Under the pieces are notes generated by a model. It had not been told where the DNA came from, made no database searches, and saw only the letters and a list, made by a program, of their open reading frames with translations. This document shows positions 1 through 9,472 of a stretch of DNA of 64,000 nucleotides, in pieces. The stretch's first letter is position 1. Every line of letters starts with the position of its first letter. The translations under genes were made by a program, and so were the position numbers. Source of the DNA: Thermodesulfovibrionales bacterium (GTDB lineage: Bacteria; Nitrospirota; Thermodesulfovibrionia; Thermodesulfovibrionales; UBA9159); contig JBEKCV010000010.1 in NCBI GenBank assembly GCA_050014695.1, positions 8,619 through 72,618 on the forward strand, read 5' to 3'.

Positions 1-1
1 T

Positions 2-709
2 CCTTTTGACTATCATACTCAGGTTGCGCTCTATGTGCCCAATGACGTCAGAGAGCCGGGCACTGCCGGATTTGAAGACGACCTGGTACAACGCCTGAAG
101 GACATCCTGAGCATTACCCAAGGCAGCACTTTGGTGCTTTTCACCAGCTACACGCTCTTAACAAAGGTATATCATTCTATGAAGCTGCCCTTATTGGAAC
201 TCATCAGGCAGGGTGAAGGGGATAGCTACAGCTTGGTGCAGATGTTCAAAAAAAATAAACATTGTGTCCTTTTTGGTACCTATGCATTCTGGCAGGGAAT
301 CGATATCCCCGGCGATGCTCTCCGATGCGTGGTGATAACAAAACTGCCCTTTGCGGTTCCTGCCGAGCCGGTAATGGAAGCGAGAATGGAGGCACTTACG
401 GTGAGCGGCAAGAACCCGTTCAGCCACTACCAGATACCGCAGGCGATCATTCTCCTCAAACAAGGCTTCGGAAGACTCATACGAACGACAACAGACAGAG
501 GGGCTGTCGTTATACTGGATTCGAGAATCAGGACACGGGGGTATGGTTCCCGGTTCCTAAGATCACTTCCGGCGTGTAAAATAGCTGCCGCCTTGGGCGA
601 TATAGCAGAGTTTGCCGGGAATCAGGGAAACGAAGAGGGGGACGAATATAAAGCGGACGTCGGTGGGGAGGCCTGCAGTGTTTCCTCACGGTCTACAGAA
701 AAAGAATAA
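2..709 (+). CDS. dinG: DinG/Rad3-family ATP-dependent DNA helicase, C-terminal part (5' end lies outside the window)
   Basis: The frame is open from the window edge. Helicase C-terminal motifs are present: 'VLFTSY', 'FGTYAFWQGIDIPG', 'VVITKLPF', 'QGFGRLIRTTTDRGAVVILDSR'. Confidence 0.8.
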   Translation, partial: PFDYHTQVALYVPNDVREPGTAGFEDDLVQRLKDILSITQGSTLVLFTSYTLLTKVYHSMKLPLLELIRQGEGDSYSLVQMFKKNKHCVLFGTYAFWQGIDIPGDALRCVVITKLPFAVPAEPVMEARMEALTVSGKNPFSHYQIPQAIILLKQGFGRLIRTTTDRGAVVILDSRIRTRGYGSRFLRSLPACKIAAALGDIAEFAGNQGNEEGDEYKADVGGEACSVSSRSTEKE

Positions 710-740
710 AAGGTCTTAAGTCCGAAAAGAGGAGGGCGCG

Positions 741-1022
741 ATGTCGGAGAAAGTGAGTCATGAGGAATTTGTGAGGAAGGCGATTATCAGTCTGAGAAAA
801 GAAGGGTATAAGGGCATTCATACGGTTTTTTCCGGATTCAATGAAGCGTTCAAGAAGTATTTCGTGGGTGAAAACCCCGTTGAGGTGACAAACCGATTGG
901 CCCAGGAAGGAAAGGTTGCGATGAGGCCTGTGAAGGGAGGCGTGATGCTCTATCTTCCCGAGGATGCGCCTGCCGTCAAGAAGACAGGAGATGAGGCGTT
1001 AAAAAAGATGGGACTTGAATAG
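741..1022 (+). CDS. small conserved hypothetical protein (93 aa)
   Basis: The ATG is preceded by 'aagaggaggg'. It is compact, sits in an operon-like position, and its stop overlaps the next start. No motif recognised. Confidence 0.5.
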   Translation: MSEKVSHEEFVRKAIISLRKEGYKGIHTVFSGFNEAFKKYFVGENPVEVTNRLAQEGKVAMRPVKGGVMLYLPEDAPAVKKTGDEALKKMGLE

Positions 1023-1978
1023 TGCAAAAGCTTTCTGAGGACGCGAAGGAACTGAGAAAGTTGTGGGGCGGTTTTCAGTCCGCGAGGGTGCTTTTGACCG
1101 CCAACAATTACAGGGTGTTTGATTTCTTGAAGTCTTCCCGGTCGGCAGAAGAGTTGGCAGAGATTCTCAAGGCTGACGCGCGGGCGACGGAGATACTCCT
1201 GGATGCGTTGGCAGGGCTCGGACTCTTGAGAAAAGCGAAGATGAGATATCAAAACACGACGACGGCAAACCGTTTCTTAGTCAGAGGGACCCCCTATTAC
1301 CAGGGCGACATCTTACGGCATGCTGATATTCTTTGGAAAAACTGGTCAGGGCTTGATGCGGTGGTGAGAACTGGCAAGCCCTATCACGTCGGCCGTGACC
1401 ATGATTCCTTCATCAGGGGGATGCATAACGTCGCGTCTTTGAAGGCCGGGGATGTCATGAAGGCCATTGACATGCGGGGCATAAGACACGCCCTTGACCT
1501 TGGAGGCGGGCCCGGGACATATTCGATCGAAATGGCAAGAAAGGGCGTCTCGGTCACCCTCTTTGACAGGCCCGAGACAATACAGATTGCGAGGGACATC
1601 ATTAGAAAATCGGGACAGAAAAATGTGGGTTTTCTCGAGGGGGATTTTTTTTCTGATGATATCGGCAAAGGGTATGACCTCGTATTCGTGAGTCAGGTGC
1701 TTCATTCCTTCTCGGAAACGGATAACAGGCATATCATCGGCAGAACGAAAAAAGCACTGAATCCGAATGGCAGGCTTGTAGTTCAGGAATTCCGTATTAA
1801 TAAGGGCAGAACGAGCCCGCCCCAGAGCAGTCTCTTTTCGGTTAACATGCTGGTGAACACCGCTGCCGGCAGATGCTACTCACCGCGTGAGATGAAACAG
1901 TGGTTTTCTGAGGCAGGGTTTCGGCGTATCACGCAAAAGATCCTTGAGGATACCGTGCTGGTCAGCGGGCAGCAATGA
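1022..1978 (+). CDS. SAM-dependent O-methyltransferase (Methyltransf_2 type with N-terminal winged-helix dimerisation domain)
   Basis: SAM-binding motif 'LDLGGGPGTYSIEMARKG' followed by 'LFDRPE' and 'GDFF'. GTG start overlaps the upstream stop. Confidence 0.8.
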   Translation: MQKLSEDAKELRKLWGGFQSARVLLTANNYRVFDFLKSSRSAEELAEILKADARATEILLDALAGLGLLRKAKMRYQNTTTANRFLVRGTPYYQGDILRHADILWKNWSGLDAVVRTGKPYHVGRDHDSFIRGMHNVASLKAGDVMKAIDMRGIRHALDLGGGPGTYSIEMARKGVSVTLFDRPETIQIARDIIRKSGQKNVGFLEGDFFSDDIGKGYDLVFVSQVLHSFSETDNRHIIGRTKKALNPNGRLVVQEFRINKGRTSPPQSSLFSVNMLVNTAAGRCYSPREMKQWFSEAGFRRITQKILEDTVLVSGQQ

Positions 1979-2652
1979 ACGCTCATAACAAGATCGGCAT
2001 TTTCGGAGGGACCTTTAATCCCGTGCATTACGGACACCTCAGGGCTGCTGAAGAAGTGAGAGAAAAACTGCATTTCGAAAAGGTGCTCTTTATCCCTTCG
2101 CGCAACCCGCCCCTGAAGATGGATGACCTGGCGCCTGCTGAAGAACGCTACGAGATGACCAGGCTTTCCATAGAGGCGAACCCTTTTTTCGAGATATCAC
2201 CCATAGAATGCGAGAAGCAAGGGAAGTCATATACGGTCGAAACCCTTGCGGCACTGCATGAGCTGTATCCCGATAAAGCTTTATATCTGATCGTGGGCAT
2301 CGATTCGTTTCTTGATATCCCTGCGTGGCGCCAGCCGGAGAGGGTTTTGGAGCTCACCCATTTTGTGGTTCTTTCAAGACCCGGCTTCAGTTTCTCAAGC
2401 ATTTCTTCGCTGATACCAACGAACATCGCCATTCTCTCGGAAATGGATGGTGCACGCCGTGAGGTCTATAAGACAAACCTGAAGAATGGGAGAGAGGTCG
2501 TGCTGCTCAATGTCACGCCGTTGCCCATATCTGCCACGACAGTCAGAAGGCTCGTGCGCCATGGCAAAAGCATAAAATACCTGTTGCCAGATAAGATAGA
2601 ATCTTATATAATTTCTCATAGTCTTTATCAGGAAGGTGGTGACGACCTTTAG
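1975..2652 (+). CDS. nadD: nicotinate-nucleotide adenylyltransferase
   Basis: 'GIFGGTFNPVHYGHL' (HxGH nucleotidyltransferase motif) and 'ISATTVRRL' (ISSTxxR-like). Start overlaps the upstream stop by 4 nt. Confidence 0.9.
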   Translation: MNAHNKIGIFGGTFNPVHYGHLRAAEEVREKLHFEKVLFIPSRNPPLKMDDLAPAEERYEMTRLSIEANPFFEISPIECEKQGKSYTVETLAALHELYPDKALYLIVGIDSFLDIPAWRQPERVLELTHFVVLSRPGFSFSSISSLIPTNIAILSEMDGARREVYKTNLKNGREVVLLNVTPLPISATTVRRLVRHGKSIKYLLPDKIESYIISHSLYQEGGDDL

Positions 2653-3052
2653 AAGTAAGGAGAAAGCTGTTCTTGCCGCATACGCAGCTATGGCAAAAAA
2701 AGCAAAGGAGACCGTAATCCTTGAACTGGCGGGATTAACCATCCTTGCTGATTATTTTGTTATCTGCTCTGGTGAAAGCACAACCCAGGTTAGGGCCGTT
2801 GCCGAATATATCGAGGCAGAGTTCCAGAACAAATCCATGAGGCCATTGGCGATTGAGGGGTTAAGTTATGCTCACTGGGTGTTGATAGACTATGGCGATG
2901 TTATTGTCCATGTGTTCGAAGATGAGACTAGGAATTATTACGAGCTCGAAAAGCTGTGGCTGGATGCGCCGAGAGTCATCATTGAAGAACAGGACGGCGC
3001 GCATCGAAAAAGAGACATGACTGCCGTGAAAGGCGAAAGGTATCATCAGTAA
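2636..3052 (+). CDS. rsfS: ribosome silencing factor RsfS (iojap family)
   Basis: 'ILADYFVICSGESTTQVRAVAEYI', 'WVLIDYGDVIVHVF', 'RNYYELEKLW'. The nadD-rsfS order is the conserved one. Confidence 0.9.
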   Translation: MVTTFRSKEKAVLAAYAAMAKKAKETVILELAGLTILADYFVICSGESTTQVRAVAEYIEAEFQNKSMRPLAIEGLSYAHWVLIDYGDVIVHVFEDETRNYYELEKLWLDAPRVIIEEQDGAHRKRDMTAVKGERYHQ

Positions 3053-4365
3053 TGGGTAAGATTGCACTGACGGTTTTTGTGGCGTTCCTTCTGGCACTCG
3101 GGTATCTTGCTGTCCTCAATAAAGAGCCGATTACGTTTACCCTCGCGCCGAAAACGGTTTACGAGATGCCCAAAATAGCCCTCATACTCCTGTCCTCAGC
3201 CGTAGGGGCTGCAATCATGCTCCTTTATTTCTTCATCAGGGATACGCAGCGGTTTATTCACAGCAGGCAGTATCAGCGAAAACAGAAGAGAGATCTGAAG
3301 GTCCAGGAACTCTATTCGAAGGCACTGAACTCGATTCTCGCAGACAACGAGGAAGAGGCAAGGTCCGCGTTGGAGGAAATCCTGCAGGAAGAACCCGGTC
3401 ACTTGGACGCCATGCTGAGGCTCGGCGATATTTCTGCTGGAAACAAAGACTTTGCAAAGGCGTTCAACTATTATAAAAAAGCGAAAGAGATCCAGCCGCA
3501 GAATCCGGAGGTACTTTTTTCCCTGGTGAGGGTGATGGAGAATACGAACCGGGTGTCCGATGCCCTTCTGTATCTGGACGAGATTCTCGACAGGAACCCG
3601 GAGAACCTCACCGCCCTCCATGCGAAACGGTCTCTGCTCGAGAAGAAGGACGAGTGGGATGAAGTCATTTCCCTCCAAAGGACCATTATCAAATCTGAAC
3701 ACAACGAGAAGGACCGCCAGAGAGAACAGGAAAACCTCCTTGGGTATAAGTATGAACAGGGCAGGTATAGTCTTGAGAACGGCCAGAACGAAAAAGCGAA
3801 AAAGGCGTTCAGGACAATTCTTCGGCTTGAGAAGAACTTCATTCCTGCCTATCTCGGTCTCGCTGAGGTGATGCTCAGGGGAGGGGAGACAGAAGAAGCG
3901 ATCGGCTTTCTCGAGAAAGGGTTTGAACAGACATCCTCTGTCATCATCCTGGCACGGATTGAGGATCTTCTCATAAACCTCGGCGAACCGGCTAGACTGA
4001 TCCGACTCTATAAGAACGCCCTCTCGAAATCTCCCCAGGGCCAGTCATTGAGATTTTTCCTAGGGAAGCTCTACTATAGGCTTGAGATGCTGGACGATGC
4101 CTTTGATATCCTCTTGACGGTCGATTCAAGCGGCGTTGCCTATCCTGAATTGCATCAGCTTCTGGGGAACATATACCTCAGGCACCAACAATGGAACAAG
4201 GCGGTCGAGGAATTCAAGAAGGTGATAGACATAAAAAAACCTTTCAACCTTTTGTACTGTTGCGAATCGTGCGGGTACTCTTCTCAAGAGTGGGCGGGAA
4301 GGTGTGCAAATTGCAAATTGTGGAACTCGTATCAGTTCAACTTCTATGGCAGCTGCAAAGCGTAA
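3052..4365 (+). CDS. lapB: LapB/YciM-like TPR protein (N-terminal TM segment, TPR repeats, C-terminal rubredoxin-type zinc ribbon)
   Basis: N-terminal TM helix, multiple TPR-like repeats, and C-terminal 'CCESCGYSSQEWAGRCANCKLWNS'. Confidence 0.7.
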   Translation: MGKIALTVFVAFLLALGYLAVLNKEPITFTLAPKTVYEMPKIALILLSSAVGAAIMLLYFFIRDTQRFIHSRQYQRKQKRDLKVQELYSKALNSILADNEEEARSALEEILQEEPGHLDAMLRLGDISAGNKDFAKAFNYYKKAKEIQPQNPEVLFSLVRVMENTNRVSDALLYLDEILDRNPENLTALHAKRSLLEKKDEWDEVISLQRTIIKSEHNEKDRQREQENLLGYKYEQGRYSLENGQNEKAKKAFRTILRLEKNFIPAYLGLAEVMLRGGETEEAIGFLEKGFEQTSSVIILARIEDLLINLGEPARLIRLYKNALSKSPQGQSLRFFLGKLYYRLEMLDDAFDILLTVDSSGVAYPELHQLLGNIYLRHQQWNKAVEEFKKVIDIKKPFNLLYCCESCGYSSQEWAGRCANCKLWNSYQFNFYGSCKA

Positions 4366-4407
4366 AAGCGTAATAGCGACGATGCTGCGTCAACATCGAG
4401 TGGCGGG

Positions 4408-5079
4408 TTGAACGAGAACGAGAAAAATGCTGAAAGCCGGGAAGGGTGCGTGCCGCTCATCTCGCATCGCTCGACACTGCAGCGAGTCGTTCTGGATACC
4501 AGCCTTTTCGTCAATCCCGATGTGAGAACGAGCTTGGGGAATACCCCCACCGAGGCCCTCGAAACATTCCTTTCCATGGCGGCTCAGATACACGTGCTCG
4601 AATTCTATATGCCTCCGTCGATCTTTGCGGAACTCCTCCATTTTGTCGAAAGAGAGAAGATACCTGGTGACCTTCTTGTCATCCTTCACCAGAAGCCGCC
4701 TAAAAAACATGAGCTGAAGTGTCCCGCGATTTTATTGTACGAGTTAATCGAAGATATGAGGGAACGGGTAAATAAAGGGCTGAGAGTTGCTGAAAATGCT
4801 GTCAGGAGCGCTGAAAAGAAAAAAACCGATGAGATCATTCAGGACTTGAGACGGAAATATAGGGAAGCTCTGAGGGAGGGCATTATAGACAGCAGAGAGG
4901 ATGTTGATCTCCTGCTGCTCGCAATGGAACTGGACGCCCTTCTCATTACCGCAGATCAGGGCCTCATCACCTGGGCGGAAAAATTCGGCATACAATGGCT
5001 GTTTCCTGAAAAGTTCAAGGATTATCTGACAGGGGCGATAAAGCGAACAGAGCTTCTTTCAGCAATGCCAAAGAAGTGA
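4408..5079 (+). CDS. HARP-type protein-only RNase P (PIN-like, Aq_880 / MJ_0950 'RNA ligase partner' family)
   Basis: 'VVLDTSLFVNP', 'EFYMPPSIFAEL', 'ERVNKGLRVAE', 'LRRKYREALREGIIDSREDVDLLLLAMELDALLITADQGLITWAEKFGI'. These are colinear with my recollection of A. aeolicus Aq_880. The start codon is uncertain (TTG at 4408, or an internal GTG). Confidence 0.8.
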   Translation: MNENEKNAESREGCVPLISHRSTLQRVVLDTSLFVNPDVRTSLGNTPTEALETFLSMAAQIHVLEFYMPPSIFAELLHFVEREKIPGDLLVILHQKPPKKHELKCPAILLYELIEDMRERVNKGLRVAENAVRSAEKKKTDEIIQDLRRKYREALREGIIDSREDVDLLLLAMELDALLITADQGLITWAEKFGIQWLFPEKFKDYLTGAIKRTELLSAMPKK

Positions 5080-5120
5080 GCTGGGATTCCCCTCCTGCTG
5101 CCAGACTGAACCCATGGCAG

Positions 5121-6044
5121 TCACAGCAGGAGCTCCCGGGATAGCCGTTGTCCTACCTCCATCAATGCCCTCTTCCCCCTCATTTCTTTGCTCGAAAAAG
5201 GCAGTATCGCGACCGAATGCCCTTTTGTCATCTCCTGCAGTTCCGCAAGATAGGTTTTTTGCATGGCACGCACTTCTTGCAGGGATTCCGAGTCCGGATG
5301 TTCTATCACCCGATTGATCACCATGCCGTGGATAGTGAGAGAGTAGCCGTTGAGCGTTTCCATAACCCTGCGCACCTGCTTCACGACAAGGGCCTCGGGG
5401 GTGGCAACCATAACGAAGGTCGACCGCTCGAAGAGAAAGCGCGATATCCTCTCTGATGCTGAAATCCATTCGTCCATAATATCCGCCACAGACCTTTTTC
5501 CGGTGATCTGTTTCCCTATCCTGTCGAGGCCTTCGAAAACCCTGGCGCCGGCACGGAGGTGTCTTCTTATATATTTGGGCATTGCGATGAGGTTTAACGT
5601 TTCACCGGCAGGTGCGGTGTCCCAGACAATCCGGTCATATCCGCCGGATTCAGCCATATCCACAATAAGATCGAGCATGGTCTCTTCCCTCAGAGAGGGG
5701 GCAGAGCCTATGTAGTCCATCAGCTGATGGCGGGATTCGCTGTCTAGCCCTTCCACATCGATAAGATGAGAAAGGATATCATAGAAATCAGGGCCGAATT
5801 TCTGTTTCCATTTGTGTACGATCGCGTTCTGGCTGATCTCCACGGCATGAAGATTTTTATCGATTTCCCTGGCGGTGTCACCTATTTCTTCATCGAAGAT
5901 GTCGGACAGAGAGGGGGTCATGTCAGAGGTGAGAATAATCGTCTTTAAGCCTGAGGACGCAAAGCGCAATGCCATGGCTGCTGAGCAGGTGGTCTTTCCG
6001 ACTCCACCTTTTCCGCCAAAAAGGATCATAGGCCTCTCTGTCAT
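5121..6044 (-). CDS. ArsA/GET3-family P-loop ATPase
   Basis: Deviant Walker A 'GGKGGVGKTT' and 'DTAPAGETL' (switch region), with the typical ~300-aa single-domain length. Confidence 0.8.
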   Translation of the reverse strand: MTERPMILFGGKGGVGKTTCSAAMALRFASSGLKTIILTSDMTPSLSDIFDEEIGDTAREIDKNLHAVEISQNAIVHKWKQKFGPDFYDILSHLIDVEGLDSESRHQLMDYIGSAPSLREETMLDLIVDMAESGGYDRIVWDTAPAGETLNLIAMPKYIRRHLRAGARVFEGLDRIGKQITGKRSVADIMDEWISASERISRFLFERSTFVMVATPEALVVKQVRRVMETLNGYSLTIHGMVINRVIEHPDSESLQEVRAMQKTYLAELQEMTKGHSVAILPFSSKEMRGKRALMEVGQRLSRELLL

Positions 6045-6788
6045 ATCTTACCGTGCTCCGCTGTCTCCATGGTTAAACAATGGGATGGTGATTTCCCGAG
6101 CGAACTGGGCGCCAGAAGAGGGCTCCCGGCCAACTCTCAGATCCCGTATCGCACAGCTCAAGCGAACCAGCAATGTTGGTAAGCCCAATAAGGAACAAAA
6201 TAAACTCCATAAGTGGCAAGGCGAAGGACATTGTCCGTAGTCTCGCCGTAGTTCAAGCCACCGACGAGGTCGATGGGAGTTAACTATCTTTTCGGAAATA
6301 TGTCTGATGGTCTCAACGTAGGTGGAGGCATTCCAACGATGACCCCTCCATAACCACCATGGGATCATTATAGCAGAGTCTTGGGCTAAGAAAGAAAAGA
6401 GTGCTCCCGTTAACACCGACCTGACAAGACATTTAACATCTTAGGGCAAGAAGTCCCTTCCGTCATCCTTGCATGAAAGATGAAGGATGAATTGCCTGCT
6501 GTACATTTTGCACTTGAGGATAATAGGTTATTCTGCGACAATATGGCATGTAATATAAGTTGGATCAAGGTTTACATTCAGTATATGCTATTCAGTTCTA
6601 CCTCATTGATCTTGATGTACGAAGACTGATTCCAAAAATGATCAAGGGAATAGCTGGCTGTGAACAGGGATGCCCTGCAAATGCTAAAGGTCTTGTCTCT
6701 GACGGCTTTATGAGTTTTGAACTGCAATGCATAGAGGGCGGTATTCTTTCGGCATCTGCATCTATCGGAAACGGTAAGATGTTATGGC

Positions 6789-7706
6789 TCAAAATGTTTC
6801 CTGACTTTTGATGTTACTGCATGCTTTGGGAAGATCATTCCGGGGGGAAGCCTCTTCACGTGTCATCCTTGGATGTGAGCGATAATAGCTGATATAGCGC
6901 TTAGCATAGGGATCATGGCCGCGAAGTAGGTCGGTTGCACGGATAAAAGCAGTGAACTGTATCGGGTCAGTGATCACGCAGTTTGCCCCTGCCGCAACCG
7001 CCAAGGCAAGGAAAGCTTGGTTAATCGTATTTCGCGAAGGGAGACCGAATGAGACGTTGCTCGCTCCTAAAATTATGTTCACTCCCAGTTCCCGTCGTAT
7101 CAGCTCAATCGTCTCCAAAGTGACCTTGCCTGCTTTCTGATCTGCACCCACTGGCATCACCAGTGGATCGATAATCACATCGTCGCTCGGAATGCCGATC
7201 CTGACTGCTTGCTCAAGGATTCTTCCTGCAATGGCTAGGCGTTCATATGGCTTGTTCGGTATGCCTTTATCATCTAACGTGAGGCCGATCACCGCCGCTC
7301 CTCTATCTTTAACAATTGGAAGCATCTCCCGTAACACTGACCCTTGGCCGTTCACCGAGTTAGCCAAGGGTTTGCCAGGAGCTACGGCCAGGGCAGCAGC
7401 CATTGCTTTCGGGTTTGGCGAGTCAATACAGAGTGGTACGCTTACCCTTGAGGCCAGGACTTTCACCACTTCAGGAAGCAACACGGTGTCGTCGAGGCCA
7501 TGGGCGCTCACATTGATATCCAAGACATCCGCACCAGCGGCAACTTGTTCGGCAGCCAAGGTCCTGATATACTCGTAGTTACTTGTCTGAAGCGCCTTAG
7601 CCAATCTCTTGTTCCCTGTTGGATTTATCTTCTCACCGATGATGATGATTGGCGCGTTGCTCTGGATTCTAACTTCAGTTATCTCACTTTGCAAGGTTGT
7701 CTGCAT
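6789..7706 (-). CDS. methyltetrahydrofolate:corrinoid methyltransferase (pterin-binding, DHPS-like TIM barrel; MT2 component)
   Basis: 'IIGEKINPTGNKRL', 'GADVLDINV', 'PLCIDS', 'ANSVNG', 'GASNVSFGLP'. This is the MeTr/MetH pterin-binding pattern. Confidence 0.8.
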   Translation of the reverse strand: MQTTLQSEITEVRIQSNAPIIIIGEKINPTGNKRLAKALQTSNYEYIRTLAAEQVAAGADVLDINVSAHGLDDTVLLPEVVKVLASRVSVPLCIDSPNPKAMAAALAVAPGKPLANSVNGQGSVLREMLPIVKDRGAAVIGLTLDDKGIPNKPYERLAIAGRILEQAVRIGIPSDDVIIDPLVMPVGADQKAGKVTLETIELIRRELGVNIILGASNVSFGLPSRNTINQAFLALAVAAGANCVITDPIQFTAFIRATDLLRGHDPYAKRYISYYRSHPRMTREEASPRNDLPKACSNIKSQETF

Positions 7707-7724
7707 GAGAAAACCGTCTTCCAG

Positions 7725-8468
7725 CTAAAGATATCGTTGCGGTGCAGGAATCCGAGATAAATTTGTACGATCAGTGCTTTCCGATCTGCTCTCTGTTCCT
7801 GACAGTTCGGATAATAGTTTCTTGATCTTGCGCACTGCCATGCTAGCATCTGATGCATATCCGTCGGCTTCTATCAGGTCTGCGTACTCCTGAGTGAGTA
7901 ATGCCCCCCCGACCATCACCTGAACCCGTTCGCGCAGACCTTCGGCCTTGAGCGCATCAATCACGAGTTTCATCCTGGGCATGGTCGTGGGAAGCATAGC
8001 GGACATTCCGATCACTTGAGCGCCGCCGCGAGCAGCTTGAACAAACTTGCTCTGACAGACATCAACGCCCAGATCTGTGACGTCAAAGCCGGATCCTTCC
8101 AGCATCATGATGACCAGGTTCTTGCCGATATCGTGTATGTCACCCTCCACTGATCCTAGGGCTATCCTGCCAGCTGAACGCACACTTGTCGCAGCCAGCA
8201 TCGGACGTAAAATGGATAATCCTGCCTGCATTGCTTCTGCTGAGATCATTATTTCCGGCACATAGTATTCATGTGCCTCGAATAGATGTCCTACTTCTGT
8301 CATTGCTGGAATGAGCGCGTCAGAGAGAATTTGGCCTGCCGGCACCCCTGCTGACAACGCTGCGCGCACTGCTATTTCGACGATCTGATTGTCTCCATTC
8401 ACGACGGCGTGATAAAGTTTTTCTAGCTCTATCGTGCCTTGTAATAGATGTTCTGATTTCTTTACCAT
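7725..8468 (-). CDS. cobalamin-binding corrinoid protein (B12-binding cap plus Rossmann domain)
   Basis: DxHxxG motif 'GDIHDIGKNLV', 'GMSAMLPTT', and a helical cap domain at the N-terminus. It lies 18 nt upstream of the MT2 gene. Confidence 0.85.
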   Translation of the reverse strand: MVKKSEHLLQGTIELEKLYHAVVNGDNQIVEIAVRAALSAGVPAGQILSDALIPAMTEVGHLFEAHEYYVPEIMISAEAMQAGLSILRPMLAATSVRSAGRIALGSVEGDIHDIGKNLVIMMLEGSGFDVTDLGVDVCQSKFVQAARGGAQVIGMSAMLPTTMPRMKLVIDALKAEGLRERVQVMVGGALLTQEYADLIEADGYASDASMAVRKIKKLLSELSGTESRSESTDRTNLSRIPAPQRYL

Positions 8469-8756
8469 GACTGTTTCCTCCCCTAGCTGTTACGGTATCG
8501 TTAATAATTTTTGCAGGTCGCTTCCACTGCTCGAGGACTCTGCCTTCTCGCAACCTGTCCCTTTACCTGTGTTTGCTGTAAATGTGCTCTCCTTTCTCTC
8601 GTCACGTCTTGTTTTTTTTCATTTTTTTTATTCATGGATCGCTTACCCTGTTGCCTCTTGTCGGATTTCTGCCCTGTACTCAGTATTCCCGATAGTTCAT
8701 CGGCATAAGTATCTTTTTAAAGCCTGCTTTTCTTGACGATACCCGGCTTGTCAGGA

Positions 8757-9269
8757 TTATTTTGCAGACCCATATGGTGTAACAATTCCTTGGAAGTCCT
8801 CTATGAACTGCGCCTGTTTGTTGTCTGGCTGATCGGCAATCGCAATTGAAATAAGCGTATCCTTCATCAGCTGATTCTCTTTATCGGACCACCAGTTCTC
8901 GATACTGACGTAAACAGTTGAGTCTTTCTTATCGATGGAGAGAACATAACTGTCCTTGGAAATGCAGCAGGACCTGATAGAATCGTGTCTGATTACAGAG
9001 AATCCCTGAGTTTTATAAAACTCCACTGCCTTAATGACGGAATCTGGAGTGAGATAAGAGTGGTAAAGAACTTTTCTCTCCTCGCAGTCGAAAAAATCGG
9101 CCGATCCTTTCTTGTAATCGACTGCGCCGGGATATGCTTTCACCTGTAACGGCTCGGCCGCCGATGAACAGGTCACGCCCGCTCCCAAAACTGACACCAT
9201 CACGAAGGCGGCGGCCACTCTCGTTACAGCCCTCAGCCTTTTCCATGAAATACTCTGCACTTTTTCCAT
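8757..9269 (-). CDS. secreted hypothetical protein (170 aa)
   Basis: The internal ATG ('MEKVQSISW') is preceded by 'ggaggtgtaaa'. Signal-peptide-like 'AAAFVMVSVLGAGVTCSSAAEP'. The longer track ORF (to 9407) lacks an SD. Confidence 0.55.
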   Translation of the reverse strand: MEKVQSISWKRLRAVTRVAAAFVMVSVLGAGVTCSSAAEPLQVKAYPGAVDYKKGSADFFDCEERKVLYHSYLTPDSVIKAVEFYKTQGFSVIRHDSIRSCCISKDSYVLSIDKKDSTVYVSIENWWSDKENQLMKDTLISIAIADQPDNKQAQFIEDFQGIVTPYGSAK

Positions 9270-9319
9270 TTTACACCTCCGTCCCTGCACACGAAGCGGA
9301 ACGGGATCCGCTTCGGCCA

Positions 9320-9472
9320 TTAGAAGCATATGCCTGCTGCTGCTACTATCATCAGACATCCGAAAAACCCGATGCCAAGGAGCGCATAAGAAAGCAGCAT
9401 GGTGCACATAACGATTGTCCCTATGTTCTGAGAAACTCGTTTTCCAACGCTTGCTCCGTTTACCATGTTCAT
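9320..9472 (-). CDS. small hydrophobic membrane peptide (50 aa)
   Basis: Strong SD 'aggaggaggg' lies immediately before 'MNMVNGA'. One clear TM segment 'IVMCTMLLSYALLGIGFFGCLMIVAAAGI'. Confidence 0.4.
   Translation of the reverse strand: MNMVNGASVGKRVSQNIGTIVMCTMLLSYALLGIGFFGCLMIVAAAGICF

Noticed and set aside
5264-5280. Sigma54-type promoter look-alike TGGCAC-N7-TTGCA.
   Set aside because: The GG-to-GC spacing is 12 nt instead of the required 10. It lies inside, and antisense to, the ArsA-family gene.
6048-6416. 122-aa ORF downstream of the corrinoid operon. I also considered a pyrrolysine (in-frame TAG) methylamine methyltransferase hidden in 6045-6788.
   Set aside because: The ORF has no SD and no motif. 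The alternative frame with an in-frame TAG ('...DIFPKR-TAG-LTPIDLVGGLNYGE...') is only about 70 codons long between hard stops. That is far too short for MttB/MtbB/MtmB, and I recognised no signature of those families.
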